From Macrostomum hystrix (lineage: Eukaryota; Animalia; Platyhelminthes), in the NCBI GenBank assembly GCA_950097015.1, contig CATNEN010000031.1:1364001-1428000 (forward strand): 64,000 nt of DNA. The letters run 5' to 3'. Position numbers and translations under genes: made by a program. The notes beneath the pieces were generated by a model. The model did not search any database, was not told the DNA's origin, and saw only the letters and a list, made by a program, of their open reading frames with translations. The stretch's first letter is position 1. Every line of letters starts with the position of its first letter. Positions 13,484-26,700 of this stretch are shown in pieces.

Positions 13484-14938
13484 GGCCAAATCACTAGCAG
13501 CAACAGCTTAGAAGCAAGCCAGCAGATCTGCCTTCTGTTTGTATGCACAAAAGAGTGGAAAACAGACTTTCTTGTTGATTGTGAAGCACTGGAAGCTCAA
13601 TTTAGTTGTTAAGGTTGTGCTGACTCTGAAAATATTGTACAAGGCAAATAATAATTTGGTTTTTACAGAAGAAAATCAAGTATTTTTGTCTATATACTAT
13701 ATTTTTTGTTCATATTCATAAATTAGCCACTAGCTAATATTTCATACAAAGCTAGCAAATATAAGCTAGCATATTTCAGCCCATTAAAAAGTGCAATTTA
13801 ACAAAAAGCAAATTGAAAAAACAACAATCATATTTAAATGAACAAGGTGAGACAAAAGTGAGCTTATAGTTTTTTTAAACCCCAGCTCTTCTGCCAAGCT
13901 GTAGAGTATATATATTTATACTTCCTAGCATTAGTTACAACAGCTCATACTAACATAAAAAAATTCATTCTCTTAACTTGAATTACAGAAGTTTAAAAAG
14001 GCAGACAAAATGGTGCTTCTAAACACTTTCATTTTATCTAGTTAGAAACTTATTTACTTTTTGTTGCTTCTATATCTGAAAGTAAATTAGAAAGCAATTA
14101 GTATAAATATACTATTTATATACGCTACAAAAATATACATAATATATAATTCAAAATCATTCACTATTTCTGAAATTATAGTTAAACAGATAATCCTATA
14201 ATCCAATTAAACTGCTTTCTTAATGCAACTTATCTATAGCTAGTACTTAGCTAGTATATACAAGCTATATGCTGGTAGGACTAGGACTAGGCCTACTGCC
14301 ATTTTAGGTAAGTAAAATATATTTATTCTTTGCAAGCCTGCCTCGGATATTTCTGTAATGCATATCCACCTTAGCCCTTCTAATCTTATGCGCACTTTTG
14401 TATTTAGATTGTATGATTTGAGAATTCTGTTCGTATGACATATATAAAGCAATATACCTTTTACGAATTTTCGTCACGCACTTATTACTTGTAAGCATAT
14501 ACTCATATACATATACTTATGGATGTATCTGTTTTAATAACTAATATTCCAATATATAAAACCAATAAACAATTCGCGTTGAGTTCGCCCGCTGATTAGG
14601 CACTTTTAATAGCTCGTCTAGACTGGAACGTCCAATCGTTCGACCAATCGTTAAATAAAAAGGGCGACAAGTTCCCGACAACACAAAATCACTTATTGCA
14701 CATTTCTAAGACAGGGAGGGGTGCCTTTTTAATTTTCGAGGTAATCACTTTTTTTGCTAAATTGCTAATGGCTGTAAATATCTGTTATATTTATTTTAGT
14801 TGCTAACAAATTGTGTTTTTGTTCTCTTATAGATTCGTGTTGCGTAGGGTTTGTTAATGCTAATAACCAAATCAGTTAACAAATTTAAATCTCAAACAAT
14901 TTTGGCATCATAAATTTATTTGCATTTTTTGTGGGAGA

Positions 14939-15608
14939 GCTTATTCCCACGGTCCCGTGCCGATAATTTCAGTTTTATCCACACGGATCCACGTTGATAA
15001 TTTTCTGCTTATCCACATGGCAGCTTGTATGAACAGGTCTAAAACTTTTTATATAAATATGCCGTGCCATTAATTTCAATTTCATCCACACGGTTCTGTT
15101 CTTTGAAACGAGGCCCTTTCGGGTTTGAACGTTTTGTTGAACCCTCAAGCCAATAGATTGACAAAGTTGCCAGTGTGTTACGATAGGCCTAGTGTTCTAC
15201 ATTTCGACCTACACATTCATTAACGGACAATAATGTCATCCTTTTTAATTATTGTAATAACAACTTACTAAATCTTTTGTCATCGTTATGTGTTGTCATT
15301 CAAATTGTATTGACTTAAAAATTAAGAAGTCTATCAAAGAAAATCATACAAGTCAACCAGCAGAATTCTAGTCAACACCAAACTTGTCACACATATTATA
15401 CATCATTGTTATTCTTTTACACTATGCATTGATAGTGTACACTATACACTATACTCTGAAGCAAAGCCTTATATGCTCAGAGAAGAATAGGTAGGGACTT
15501 GAAAGTAGACCTATTCATACAAGCTGCCATGTGGATAAGCTGAAAATTATCAGCACGGATCTGTGTGGATACAATTGAAATTATCAGCATGGGACCGTGG
15601 GAATAAGC
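14939..15608. mobile_element. Non-autonomous DNA transposon or MITE-like element with ~100-bp terminal inverted repeats
   Basis: 14939-15040 (gcttattcccacggtccc...gcagcttgtatgaacaggtct) is the reverse complement of 15507-15608 with only scattered mismatches. The interior is AT-rich and non-coding. No clear TSD. Confidence 0.75.
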
Positions 15609-16902
15609 ATTTCCTTTTTTTGTTTGACATTATGTTTGACATTTGACATTTGAATAAATGTACTGTATTTAAAGTTGTTTAAATCGTCGAAACATTTTTT
15701 CGTCTTACAATTATTCATTTTGCACAAAAAGTAAAAACTTGTTGGCACTCTTGATGGCTCTATAATTTTACCACCAAGCTACAGCCTTAGGACCTTTCGA
15801 CATCGGAAATAAATGTTCTAACCTTGTTTTATAATAGGCCTTTTTTATAGCTTTTGAGTATAGCAGATAAGGCATGGATCCTGAAATTTTCGTAATTTTT
15901 GTCAAATGGTCATAGTCAGCAACAGCAAGTAGCAAGGGAAAGTTCATCAAAATTTTGTAATGGAACATTCATCAAATTGAAAATTATCCAGTAGAACATT
16001 AGGCCCAGTCAAATTTAAAATTATCATGTAGAATGCTTGTCAAATCAAATTCAAACAATTAGTTGGTTATTTATTAGATGCTTATGATTATTTGTGCAAT
16101 TTGTGACTGTTGCGCAGAGAGAGTAGAGTATAATATAAGCAAGCAGGTAAAGTCACAGAGTGGAGGAGAAGAAAAATAGAATAGAAGAGAAGGAGAAGAA
16201 AATCATTATTTTTTACTGAAGAGACTAGAAGAGAAGGAGAAGAAAATCAGAGAGTAGAAAAGAAGGAGAAGAAAAAACAAGGTATTTTATAGTATTAAGA
16301 ACAAGACTATTGAGCAAACTCTAGTTTTTGCTCAAACTACAGTTTTTTGTGTGAAATTTATCATTGCTGCTAAGAAGACTTAGGATCAATAGTAGGAGGC
16401 AACTTAGTACATAAAGTTGCTGAACATCTATAGGAAAAGGCTGCACCAGAGATACTCATTCAGATAAGTCTTAAATAGAACATTTTCATTTGTGCCACAT
16501 GTCCTCATATCCATGTAAACACAAGCTGGCAAGAAGGCTAGGCCTATTGCACCTATTTCTTACTGCATTATATTCTAGATTCACACTTTTAGTACTCTTA
16601 ACCAGTTCTTATCAGTCTTTATCACTATTTATCTGTATTTATCCATCTTTATCTATTTCTATAAGTCTTATTACTCTTATCACTCTTCCATTATTCCATT
16701 ATCCATTTTTAATTACTATTAAAAACGATAGCTTATTTTTTCCATCTGTCCGAAATTGTGTGCCTCTTTGTTATTATAAAATATGAAAGTATACTAAAAG
16801 TAAAAAAGACTAATACATTTTTGTGCAACAACAACTTGTTGTCTACAACGACCACTGGTAGTGAAAGTGTCAAACGATTCATTTGAACAATTTTCCAGTT
16901 GA

Positions 16903-19900
16903 ATGTCTAAGCAGCCAAAAGCAGCCACTGTTCCTGAAGTCAGCAGCAGCAGTAGCGGCCAAGATGAAAGTGATGAAGAACATTTCTTGTCTTTCTACTC
17001 CAATCTGGACCGCATTGGCGGTCTCCGGCTGATGCGCGTGCTGTCGCAGCAGGCTGAAGCTGCTGTAGCTGCCGCTGATCCACTGCCGCAGTCTGGCGAA
17101 TATGAAGTAGACGATGAAGACAGTAGCTCCCATGCTGAGGCTGCGATAAGCGATAGTATCGAAGAGGTAGACGAAGATCGTTTCGTTGATATTAACGCGA
17201 CTATTTCTGACGACGAAGACATTTGGTATCTGTTCGAAGACGATGGTCGGCCTAGGAAGCTGAGCCGGCGTCAGAAGAAGCACCGTCGATTGGCAGCCGC
17301 ACGTGCCGGCTCATTGGATGCCGCCGTATTGGGTCATGTTGCCTACAGCGATGTTGGCGCTGCTCCGCCCACGCAAAGGGCTACAGAGCAACTGCTGCAC
17401 ACTAGGCAGACCCGGGCAGGACTGTGGTCGCCGCTGTCACTAATGGACTTGTGCCTGCATCAGCTGTGTCGGCCCAGCAAGCCGCGTCGATCTGCTAACT
17501 CGCAGTCATCAACAGCTTTGATGCTGCAGCCGCATCGGCAGCTACCGCGGCCGCTACTGCGTCGACTACAACGGGAACGATTGTTTCGCAATTTACGGGA
17601 ATTATCTCGCCAGTGGTGGCGTGAACGTGCCGCAGATCTTAATCGTCTGTTTTTATCAAATAGCTCCGAGTTGACCGAGGCTCGGCGTTCAAGCCGGCGT
17701 TCAAATCTGGAAGATATATTCTTTGTGCGTTCTATATACTGCTCTGGGCACTTTAACTGCAACCATCAGAAGGCTGTGGACTATACTAGCGCTTATGATC
17801 CTTCGGCACATCGCTCGCCAGCTTTGATTCGCACTTGGAGGAGTCGCGGCGACACGTGCCGCTTCGCGCCAGTTTTATGCTCCACCGAGTTAATGCAAAC
17901 CAGGCAGTCATATATGACTTTTATGGCCTTTTCATCCTGGCCAAGTGTCGTCCTGTGTTGTCTGGCAGCGTTAGAGTTCGACTGGCGGAAGCGATGCATC
18001 CGATCCAGTGGGATTTGTCACGAGCTGGCGAATCGCTACGCTCAGCACGTATTGCCCTACTGTCTATGGTCTAGAGGCCTTGTTGACGAAGCGTGTGCAG
18101 CATTTTTAGCCACTTCCAATCAGCTGCTTGAGGGGGCCGATCGCGCCTCTATGCTCAATGAGGTTGCTAGAATGTACTCTATGGTGGGTGACGCATTATC
18201 GTGCATTGTAAACATATTTAATCACAGATTTATCATAATTATTCGCTTCCTGTCGTCCCTAGCTGGATATGCCGAATGATGCTGTGTCATTTCACCTGAT
18301 GGCTCTGCGCGAGTGCCTTAAAGCTTGTAAACTGGCCGACCAAGGAGCCGACGATCGACACTCTCGCCTAGGCGCCCACTTTCAACAGCTGGCTATGTGC
18401 GCCGCAGTCTTCGACGAAGGCTGCTTTGAAGAGGCCGGCACTCAGTGTGGCCAAGCTGCCCGAGATCGCTGGCGTCAGGTCTTTACTGAAATATTCGTCT
18501 TGGAGCCGGAGGGCTCGTCGTCAGCGGAGGCGCAGGCGGCTGGCGAGCTCGCCCCGTTCATTAACGCTGCTGCTGTTCAAGCGGCTATTCAGCTTGGCAG
18601 CTTGTCCGATGGCCAGGTGGATGCTGAGAGTCACGCGTCAGCTATTGAAGCTGCTGCTATTGCTGCTGCACCGAGTCTGCCAGCCAATGGCGATGGGTCG
18701 ACAAGTCAGCAACAGCAGCAGCATCAGGTGCCGGCTCAGCACGTTGCACCTCTCGAGTGCGGTTTACGCGCGATAATTTCTATGGTGTTTGTTCACTGCG
18801 GTGACAGTGTGAGTGACATTTTATCCACTTGTCTTTTTTTCTTGTACACACTTTGAATCGTTAATCAGCTGACTAGTAGACAGTTCAAATGGTTCATCAG
18901 CTGACTAGTAGACAGTTCAAATGGTTCATCAGCTGACTAGTAGACAGTTAAGATGGTTCATCAGCTGACTAGTAGACAGTTCAAATGGTTCATCAGCTGA
19001 CTAGTAGACAGTTCAAATGGTTCATCAGCTGACTAGTAGACAGTTAAGATGGTTCATCAGCTGACTAGTAGACAGTTCAAATGGTTCATCAGCTGGCATT
19101 CGTTTAACAAAATCCCATGGACAGGCCGAGTGGTGTCGCGAGACCCTAGTCCAGCTTGACAGGCTTCACCAGTTCACCAATCTAACCAGCATCTATCAGT
19201 CTCTATTGCGAGCAGTCCTTGGCGAACGTCGAGCCGCCATCGACTATGCGCGCGACGCCTTGGCAACTCTACGCTCAGTGGCGCCACACCAGCAAAACAA
19301 TAACGGCCTGGCATTGGACAATGACGAGCCAGTTGCTGAGGTTAGCCGGTTAGCTGTCCAGCTTTGGCAGCCGCTGCTTGATCAGATCAGCTTTCACGGC
19401 CGTCTGCCCACTCCGATGCGAATGATCTGGCGACGTAGCCTGACCGCGCCGCTGCTGCCTACACCGCTGAGAGAGCCGGACGAGGCTCAGCGCTTCGCCT
19501 GGCTAGTCGGCGACGATTGCAGCGAGTCGCTAAATCTGCGATTAGACTCTGACGGCTATCTGACTGGCGATATGCAGCTGCTCATGCCCAGGGTATGCCG
19601 TATTCGCTTGGATCCACTTACTGGCCGGCTGCTGTTGAAAGGCGGCGGCTGCGAGACAACAAGCTGGTTTCAGCCACCGGCTGCGGCTGAATGCAGCAAG
19701 GTTACTTGTCTTTTTGTTTGCTTAGTGCTTTTTTAGGAATTGTTTTGCCTATCCAGCCCGGCAGTAACGGCCCGTAAAGCTCTTGATTCATCTCTGCCAT
19801 GTCTATTAGATTCTATAGTCCGCTCATTGTCAACAAAATTCTACGCCTTGTCAGAAAACGCTGTTTTTCTACTGTCTACTCTCCTTCCAGTTATTGAATC

Positions 19901-22900
19901 AGAAATCTGTCCACCCAGTTATTGAATCAGAAATCTGTCCACCCAGTTATTGAATCAGAAATCTGTCCACCCAGTTATTGAATCAGAAATCTGTCCACCC
20001 AGTTATTGAATCAGAAAACTGTCCACCAAGTTATTGAATCAGAAATCTGTCCACCCAGTTATTGAATCAGAAATCTGTCCACCCAGTTATTGAATCAGAA
20101 ATCTGTCCACCAAGTTATTGAATCAGAAATCTGTCCACCCAGTTATTGAATCAGAAAACTGTCCACCAAGTTATTGAATCAGAAATCTGTCCACCCAGTT
20201 ATTGAATCAGAAAACTGTCCACCAAGTTATTGAATCAGAAATCTGTCCACCCAGTTATTGAATCAGAAATCTGTCCACCCAGTTATTGAATCAGAAATCT
20301 GTCCACCCAGTTATTGAATCAGAAATCTGTCCACCCAGTTATTGAATCAGAAAACTGTCCACCCAGTTATTGAATCAGAAATCTGTCCACCCAGTTATTG
20401 AATCAGAAAACTGTCCACCAAGTTATTGAATCAGAAATCTGTCCACCCAGTTATTGAATCAGAAATCTGTCCACCCAGTTATTGAATCAGAAATCTGTCC
20501 ACCCAGTTATTGAATCAGAAAACTGTCCACCCAGTTATTGAATCAGAAAACTGTCCACCCAGTTATTGAATCAGAAATCTGTCCACCCAGTTATTGAATC
20601 AGAAATCTGTCCACCCAGTTATTGAATCAGAAATCTGTCCACCCAGTTATTGAATCAGAAAACTGTCCACCAAGTTATTGAATCAGAAATCTGTCCACCC
20701 AGTTATTGAATCAGAAAAACTGTCCACCAAGTTATTGAATCAGAAATCTGTCCACCCAGTTATTGAATCAGAAATCTGTCCACCCAGTTATTGAATCAGA
20801 AATCTGTCCACCCAGTTATTGAATCAGAAAACTGTCCACCAAGTTATTGAATCAGAAATCTGTCCACCCAGTTATTGAATCAGAAAACTGTCCACCCAAG
20901 TTATTGAATCAGAAATCTGTCCACCCAGTTATTGAATCAGAAATCTGTCCACCCAGTTATTGAATCAGAAATCTGTCCACCCAGTTATTGAATCAGAAAA
21001 CTGTCCACCAAGTTATTGAATCAGAAATCTGCCACCCAGTTATTGAATCAGAAAACTGTCCACCAAGTTATTGAATCAGAAATCTGTCCACCCAGTTATT
21101 GAATCAGAAATCTGTCCACCCAGTTATTGAATCAGAAATCTGTCCACCCAGTTATTGAATCAGAAATCTGTCCACCCAGTTATTGAATCAGAAAACTGTC
21201 CACCCAGTTATTGAATCAGAAATCTGTCCACCCAGTTATTGAATCAGAAAACTGTCCACCAAGTTATTGAATCAGAAATCTGTCCACCCAGTTATTGAAT
21301 CAGAAATCTGTCCACCCAGTTATTGAATCAGAAATCTGTCCACCCAGTTATTGAATCAGAAAACTGTCCACCCAGTTATTGAATCAGAAAACTGTCCACC
21401 CAGTTATTGAATCAGAAATCTGTCCACCCAGTTATTGAATCAGAAATCTGTCCACCCAGTTATTGAATCAGAAATCTGTCCACCCAGTTATTGAATCAGA
21501 AAACTGTCCACCAAGTTATTGAATCAGAAATCTGTCCACCCAGTTATTGAATCAGAAAACTGTCCACCAAGTTATTGAATCAGAAATCTGTCCACCCAGT
21601 TATTGAATCAGAAATCTGTCCACCCAGTTATTGAATCAGAAACTGTCCACCCAGTTATTGAATCAGAAAACTGTCCACCAAGTTATTGAATCAGAAATCT
21701 GTCCACCCAGTTATTGAATCAGAAATCTGTCCACCCAGTTATTGAATCAGAAATCTGTCCACCAAGTTATTGAATCAGAAATCTGTCCACCCAGTTATTG
21801 AATCAGAAATCTGTCCACCCAGTTATTGAATCAGAAATCTGTCCACCCAGTTATTGAATCAGAAATCTGTCCACCCAGTTATTGAATCAGAAAACTGTCC
21901 ACCAAGTTATTGAATCAGAAAACTGTCCACCCAGTTATTGAATCAGAAATCTGTCCACCCAGTTATTGAATCAGAAATCTGTCCACCCAGTTATTGAATC
22001 AGAAATCTGTCCACCAAGTTATTGAATCAGAAAACTGTCCACCAAGTTATTGAATCAGAAAACTGTCCACCCAGTTATTGAATCAGAAATCTGTCCACCC
22101 AGTTATTGAATCAGAAAACTGTCCACCAAGTTATTGAATCAGAAAACTGTCCACCCAGTTATTGAATCAGAAATCTGTCCACCCAGTTATTGAATCAGAA
22201 AACTGTCCACCAAGTTATTGAATCAGAAATCTGTCCACCAAGTTATTGAATCAGAAATCTGTCCACCCAGTTATTGAATCAGAAATCTGTCCACCCAGTT
22301 ATTGAATCAGAAATCTGTCCACCAAGTTATTGAATCAGAAAACTGTCCACCAAGTTATTGAATCAGAAAACTGTCCACCAAGTTATTGAATCAGAAAACT
22401 GTCCACCCAGTTATTGAATCAGAAATCTGTCCACCCAGTTATTGAATCAGAAAACTGTCCACCAAGTTATTGAATCAGAAAACTGTCCACCCAGTTATTG
22501 AATCAGAAAACTGTCCACCAAGTTATTGAATCAGAAAACTGTCCACCCAGTTATTGAATCAGAAAACTGTCCACCCAGTTATTGAATCAGAAAACTGTCC
22601 ACCAAGTTATTGAATCAGAAATCTGTCCACCCAGTTATTGAATCAGAAATCTGTCCACCCAGTTATTGAATCAGAAAACTGTCCACCAAGTTATTGAATC
22701 AGAAATCTGTGCACCCAGTTATTGAACTAGCTCACAACTGATCATTCCGACATTCCCAGGTCAGACAGCTGGAGACAGATGAGCCTAGGCAGCTGATTCT
22801 GCAGACGCCAAGCGGTCGTGAATTCACCTATTTGTATTCGGCGCCCAGTCGGCTAAAGCACGCCTGCCGATTGGACGCCATCTATTCTATTGGTGAATCA

Positions 22901-25900
22901 GGCGAGATCTGGCGCGAGTCGCCAGTGAAACAAATCAGGCGCCACATGCTTGAAGAGAGTTTAACGAAGCTAAGAAAGCGTCATCCAGGTGTCTTTGCAC
23001 ATTCGAGTCAATTGGCTGAGACATTTTCGGATAATCCGCATCTTTGGGAAGCTGCCGAGAAGTCTTTGATAACACTTTATCAGCGCAATGCCTTGCTACC
23101 TGTACGGGAATTGTTGTCTAAAGTCGGCGAATATCACGTAGCATTGAAGCGATACAAGGATCATGGTGGTAAGGGTACAATAGAAGCTTAATCCACATTC
23201 GTTTTTTAACTGGCTTTTATGAGAATCTCTAGCAATACAGACGACTCGCTGAATACTTAACTGTGCTTCATGCTAGAAGACTGCTTAGTGACTGCAGTAA
23301 TTAGAGCTTTGTACTTAAACAAGACGTCAGGAGTTCAAGTCTCAACCCAGGGGAAGCTATATGTGTCCTTGAGCAAGATACCCGACCTCCCCAGTCCATG
23401 GACAGTGCAGCTGTACACAGTCTTTGCGAGGGCCACATATTGCTGCTTGTGTGCTAATGACTCTACATCTAACTTAACAGGGCTTGGTATAATTTTTTTC
23501 TATTTTCTATTATCAAATGTGTCTAGATCAGTCTATAGACGGGCTATATGGGGTTTGAATCCCGACTCCACTGGAACAATTAGTGTCCTTTAGCAAGTAA
23601 CTCTGCATTGCTTCAGTTCACCCAGCTGTTAAATGGGTACCAGCATTAGCTGGGGTAATTGAAGGTGGGTGTGGCGTCCCCCCAGTCCATGGACTGAACA
23701 GCCGTACGCAGTCTTCAGATGCGCCGCGCAATAGCTGCGGCTGTGCTGTCGGCTGCACATCTGGCCCAATTGGGACAGGTGTATAGATTAGTGTATATAG
23801 AATATTACAACCCTAATCGCCAATCGTCTTCACATTCGTCAGCATCTAAAGGCCGTCGCTCTGTCGGCGGTCAGCGTCGGCCGCGCCTGGACGCCTTCGT
23901 GTTCACTGGCCAGTGCGAGGTCACCGTCCTACTAGACGTCAGCTATGTGAAAAGCGGCCTTATGCTGCACTATCACCACCGGTGCCTAAGCCATCAGTCT
24001 AATTTCGAAGGCTGGCCTGATTCGCTCATAGCCAACTGTCACGTGTACATCAGATGCGCCAATGAGGATGGCACTGTTAATGAGCCGCGGCTATTTTTAG
24101 TTACCACCCCGGGCAAACACTTGGCAATGCTGACCCCAGCCAATCCGACACTAGCCAGTGCATCTTGGCCCGGCTCGCTTGAAAACTTTTTCGGCGGCAA
24201 TATTCGTCACAGTTCGTCAATAGCATTCCTTCCCAGGGCCGGTAGAAGAACATTCTTGAAAGCAGATTTAGTTCTCAGGCATCACCAGACTGAGCAGTGC
24301 TTTGTAGCCGCCTGCAGTTCAGCTGGCATTCGACTCTTCTGCAGTCCCTACCTGGCCGAGGATGCCCTAATTAAGCGTCACATATTCGATTCGACTAGGC
24401 GAGGCGTGCAAGAGACCTGGGACATTGGCAGCTATGCTTTATTTGGCTACGCCATCATTGGAGACGCGCTATACTCTGTGCAAGGCCAGGATCTGCTGCG
24501 TGCGCCAGACATGACCAGACTAGTGCGATGCACCTGGTCCATGGACAGCTGCGATGCGGAAGACAATGTAGTTGAGACTGAAAATAAATTAAACGATCAA
24601 ACTGAGCTTCCTAGCGATCCAGTCAGCGACAATTTGGCCTACTCGCGTATCATTCTGGGCATCCAATGGCTGACTGACTGCGGCCGCCTGTTGGCCGTGT
24701 TCCTGCCCGACCGTCTGGCACTGCTCAATCCGGACACATTCGAAGCTGTGCCAGTGGCCGAGGAGAGTCGAAAATTTGTTGAACTGTGCGGCTGCAATGC
24801 CGTTGGAGACGACCTCTACGGATTTCAAGTGCCTTCGGTGTGTTAAGCTGTACTTTTTCGTAAATTATTAGCGTGGTATACTAGCTAGCTTAAATCACGA
24901 ACTAAACTACTAAAATCCCTATTCCCTAGTTCCTGTGCACTTACAAATACCTAGTCCCAATAAATGTTTTCTTCAATCTCGATTCTTAACCCATTTCCTA
25001 ATGGGTTAAGAGTCCTAACTTCCAATGTAGGGGGTGGGGGTCGGTGGCAGAGCGGTTGGCGCGTTTGCCTCGTGCGCCAAGGTCCCTAAGTTCGATTCCG
25101 CGGCGAGGCCACATTAATTTGGGGCGCAGCCGAAGAGAGAAGGCTTGGAAGCTTTTCGTGCAATTTATGCCTTAAGGGCCAACCTCCAAGGCACAGGGAA
25201 AGTGTACACTACCTGACGCTGAGAAAGTCAGGGCAGATGTACACACCTGTGTGAGTCAGCGAAGTCAGCACATCATGTGTGCTCAGGAGTCAGCGAAATT
25301 GGCAGAATTGCCTTTTCTCTGGCTGCGGGTTTAGTGCCATTGCCCGCAGCCCTCGTGCAATTATTACTTTTATTATTATTAACTCCCAATGTAGATTCCC
25401 TAAATCCCTATATCCGAAATGTTTTCATAATTCAACTCTAATCCTTACTTTCTCCTACTATTTGCATTCTTGGCTTTCTCATCGTCACGCAGATACTGCT
25501 GAACCAGTACTCATACTCATGACTATTATTGCCTTCTCATTTAGCATCTTTTTTGTACTTCCACATCTTCAAAATCTATAAATCACGCTCCCCTACCCAT
25601 GCCAACTTGCAGGTGCCAAATCTGCACAGTCTGAACTGGGAGGTTGGTCAGACCTTGCTAGCGCAGAGCGAGATTCGTTGCTATCGCACTCTTGATGAGC
25701 AGCCGCTAGCCAATGGCAATGGTTATCGCACAGTTCTATCCGTGCAGGGTAATGTCTACGTGTTGGAGACCTCCGGCACGTTGGCCATAGACGATGGCGC
25801 ACCAGTGCGGGTTGTGTGCGCGGTTGTCGTGCCCGGCATGGCCCGTGAAGCCAGATGCCTGCCTAATATTGGATTGCTAGTCTGTTCGGCGCCGCTAGCC

Positions 25901-26173
25901 CAGGTATTCAGCAATTTAGATGCCGAATCTGACTCATTCAACAATGAGCAGTCTCTAGGCCTGGAGATTTTGCACCTGTTCAACTGGTCCGGCCAACTCA
26001 TTAGCTTCCTGCCTGGCCTAGGCGGCGGGCCGCACAGTTTCTATTGCGAGCCGGACCTGCTGCCAGATCGTATCTACTTCAGGGACGGCTACGGGGCGGT
26101 CTGCTGCGCCCGGATGATGATGACGGAGGCTGGACGGGTGGCCGGTCGGGCCGAAGCCCTTGAACGCAGTTAG
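16903..26173 (+). CDS. Large (~1,470 aa) uncharacterised protein: acidic N-terminus, BC-box-like motif, SWIM-like Cys/His cluster, helical region, C-terminal beta-propeller-like region
   Basis: Phase-consistent exons 16903-18183, 18263-18808, 19125-19700, 22760-23168, 23801-~24828/24837, 25613-26173. Motifs: PLSLMDLCLHQL and YCSGHFNCNH. The exon 5 acceptor and donor are the least certain boundaries. Confidence 0.72.
18864..19095. repeat. 32-bp minisatellite (atcagctgactagtagacagttcaaatggttc), ~7 copies
   Basis: Direct periodicity; fills most of a ~316-nt intron. Confidence 0.93.
19886..22727. repeat. 28-bp minisatellite (ccacccagttattgaatcagaaatctgt), ~100 copies
   Basis: Direct periodicity; intronic. 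Confidence 0.98.
23290..23420 (+). mobile_element. SINE family A-related degenerate copy
   Basis: B-box-like ggagttcaagtctc, gtgtccttgagcaag central motif, and a degenerate cagtccatggacag tail. Confidence 0.55.
23540..23712 (+). mobile_element. tRNA-derived SINE family A copy
   Basis: B-box-like ggtttgaatccc, body ending cacccagctgttaaatgggtacc, tail cagtccatggactgaacagccgtacgcag. Confidence 0.8.
25028..25350 (+). mobile_element. tRNA-derived SINE family B copy
   Basis: A-box tggcagagcgg and B-box agttcgattcc. The body (cagatgtacacacc, gtgtgctcaggag, ctggctgcg, gccattgcc) is shared with 47843-47995 and the head with 26331-26385. Confidence 0.75.
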
Positions 26174-26330
26174 CATAATTACTGACACTTGGTTGAGAGC
26201 GAATTTGCGTTTATCATGCTGGGAAATCCGCGGAATTCACGCGGGCAGTCTCGGCATCTGGAGTTCAGAATTCTAGAAACGATGAAAAATAACCCTATTT
26301 GCAATCAAGCAGTGGCCACTGGCACATACA

Positions 26331-26385
26331 CATTCGCCGCGGAATCGAGCTCAGGGACCTTGGCTCGAGAGGCGAACCCCCCAAC
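26331..26385 (-). mobile_element. SINE family B head fragment
   Basis: Reverse complement gccaaggtccctgagctcgattccgcggcga matches the head near 25075-25108. Confidence 0.65.
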
Positions 26386-26559
26386 ACTGATAAGAAAGGA
26401 ACGACTGAAAACGACGCCGAATCTATCACAATCCGCAATACAAATTGTTTGAGTCATTTGAGAGTCTCAAGGGCGTAATAGAGTCTCATATGAGATTCAT
26501 TAAAAATATAATCTTTAAGTGAATAAATAGCTTTCGCGCGGCGCATCTGAAGGCTGTGG

Positions 26560-26700
26560 CTGTCAATGGCTGTTCAGTCCATGGACTGGGGGGACGCCAC
26601 CACACCCACCCTTAATTACCCCAGCTAATGCTGGTACCCATTTAACAGCTGGGTGAACTGGGAATCGAACCCCCAACCTTCAAGTGGTGTTTCCGACGCT
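26560..26700 (-). mobile_element. SINE family A copy with internal deletion
   Basis: Palindrome at 26575-26588; the body is joined directly to the B-box complement gggaatcgaaccc. Confidence 0.75.

Noticed and set aside
14974-15540. DnaA boxes (TTATCCACA) suggesting a bacterial origin or contamination
   Set aside because: They are subrepeats of an inverted-repeat element lying between intron-containing eukaryotic genes.
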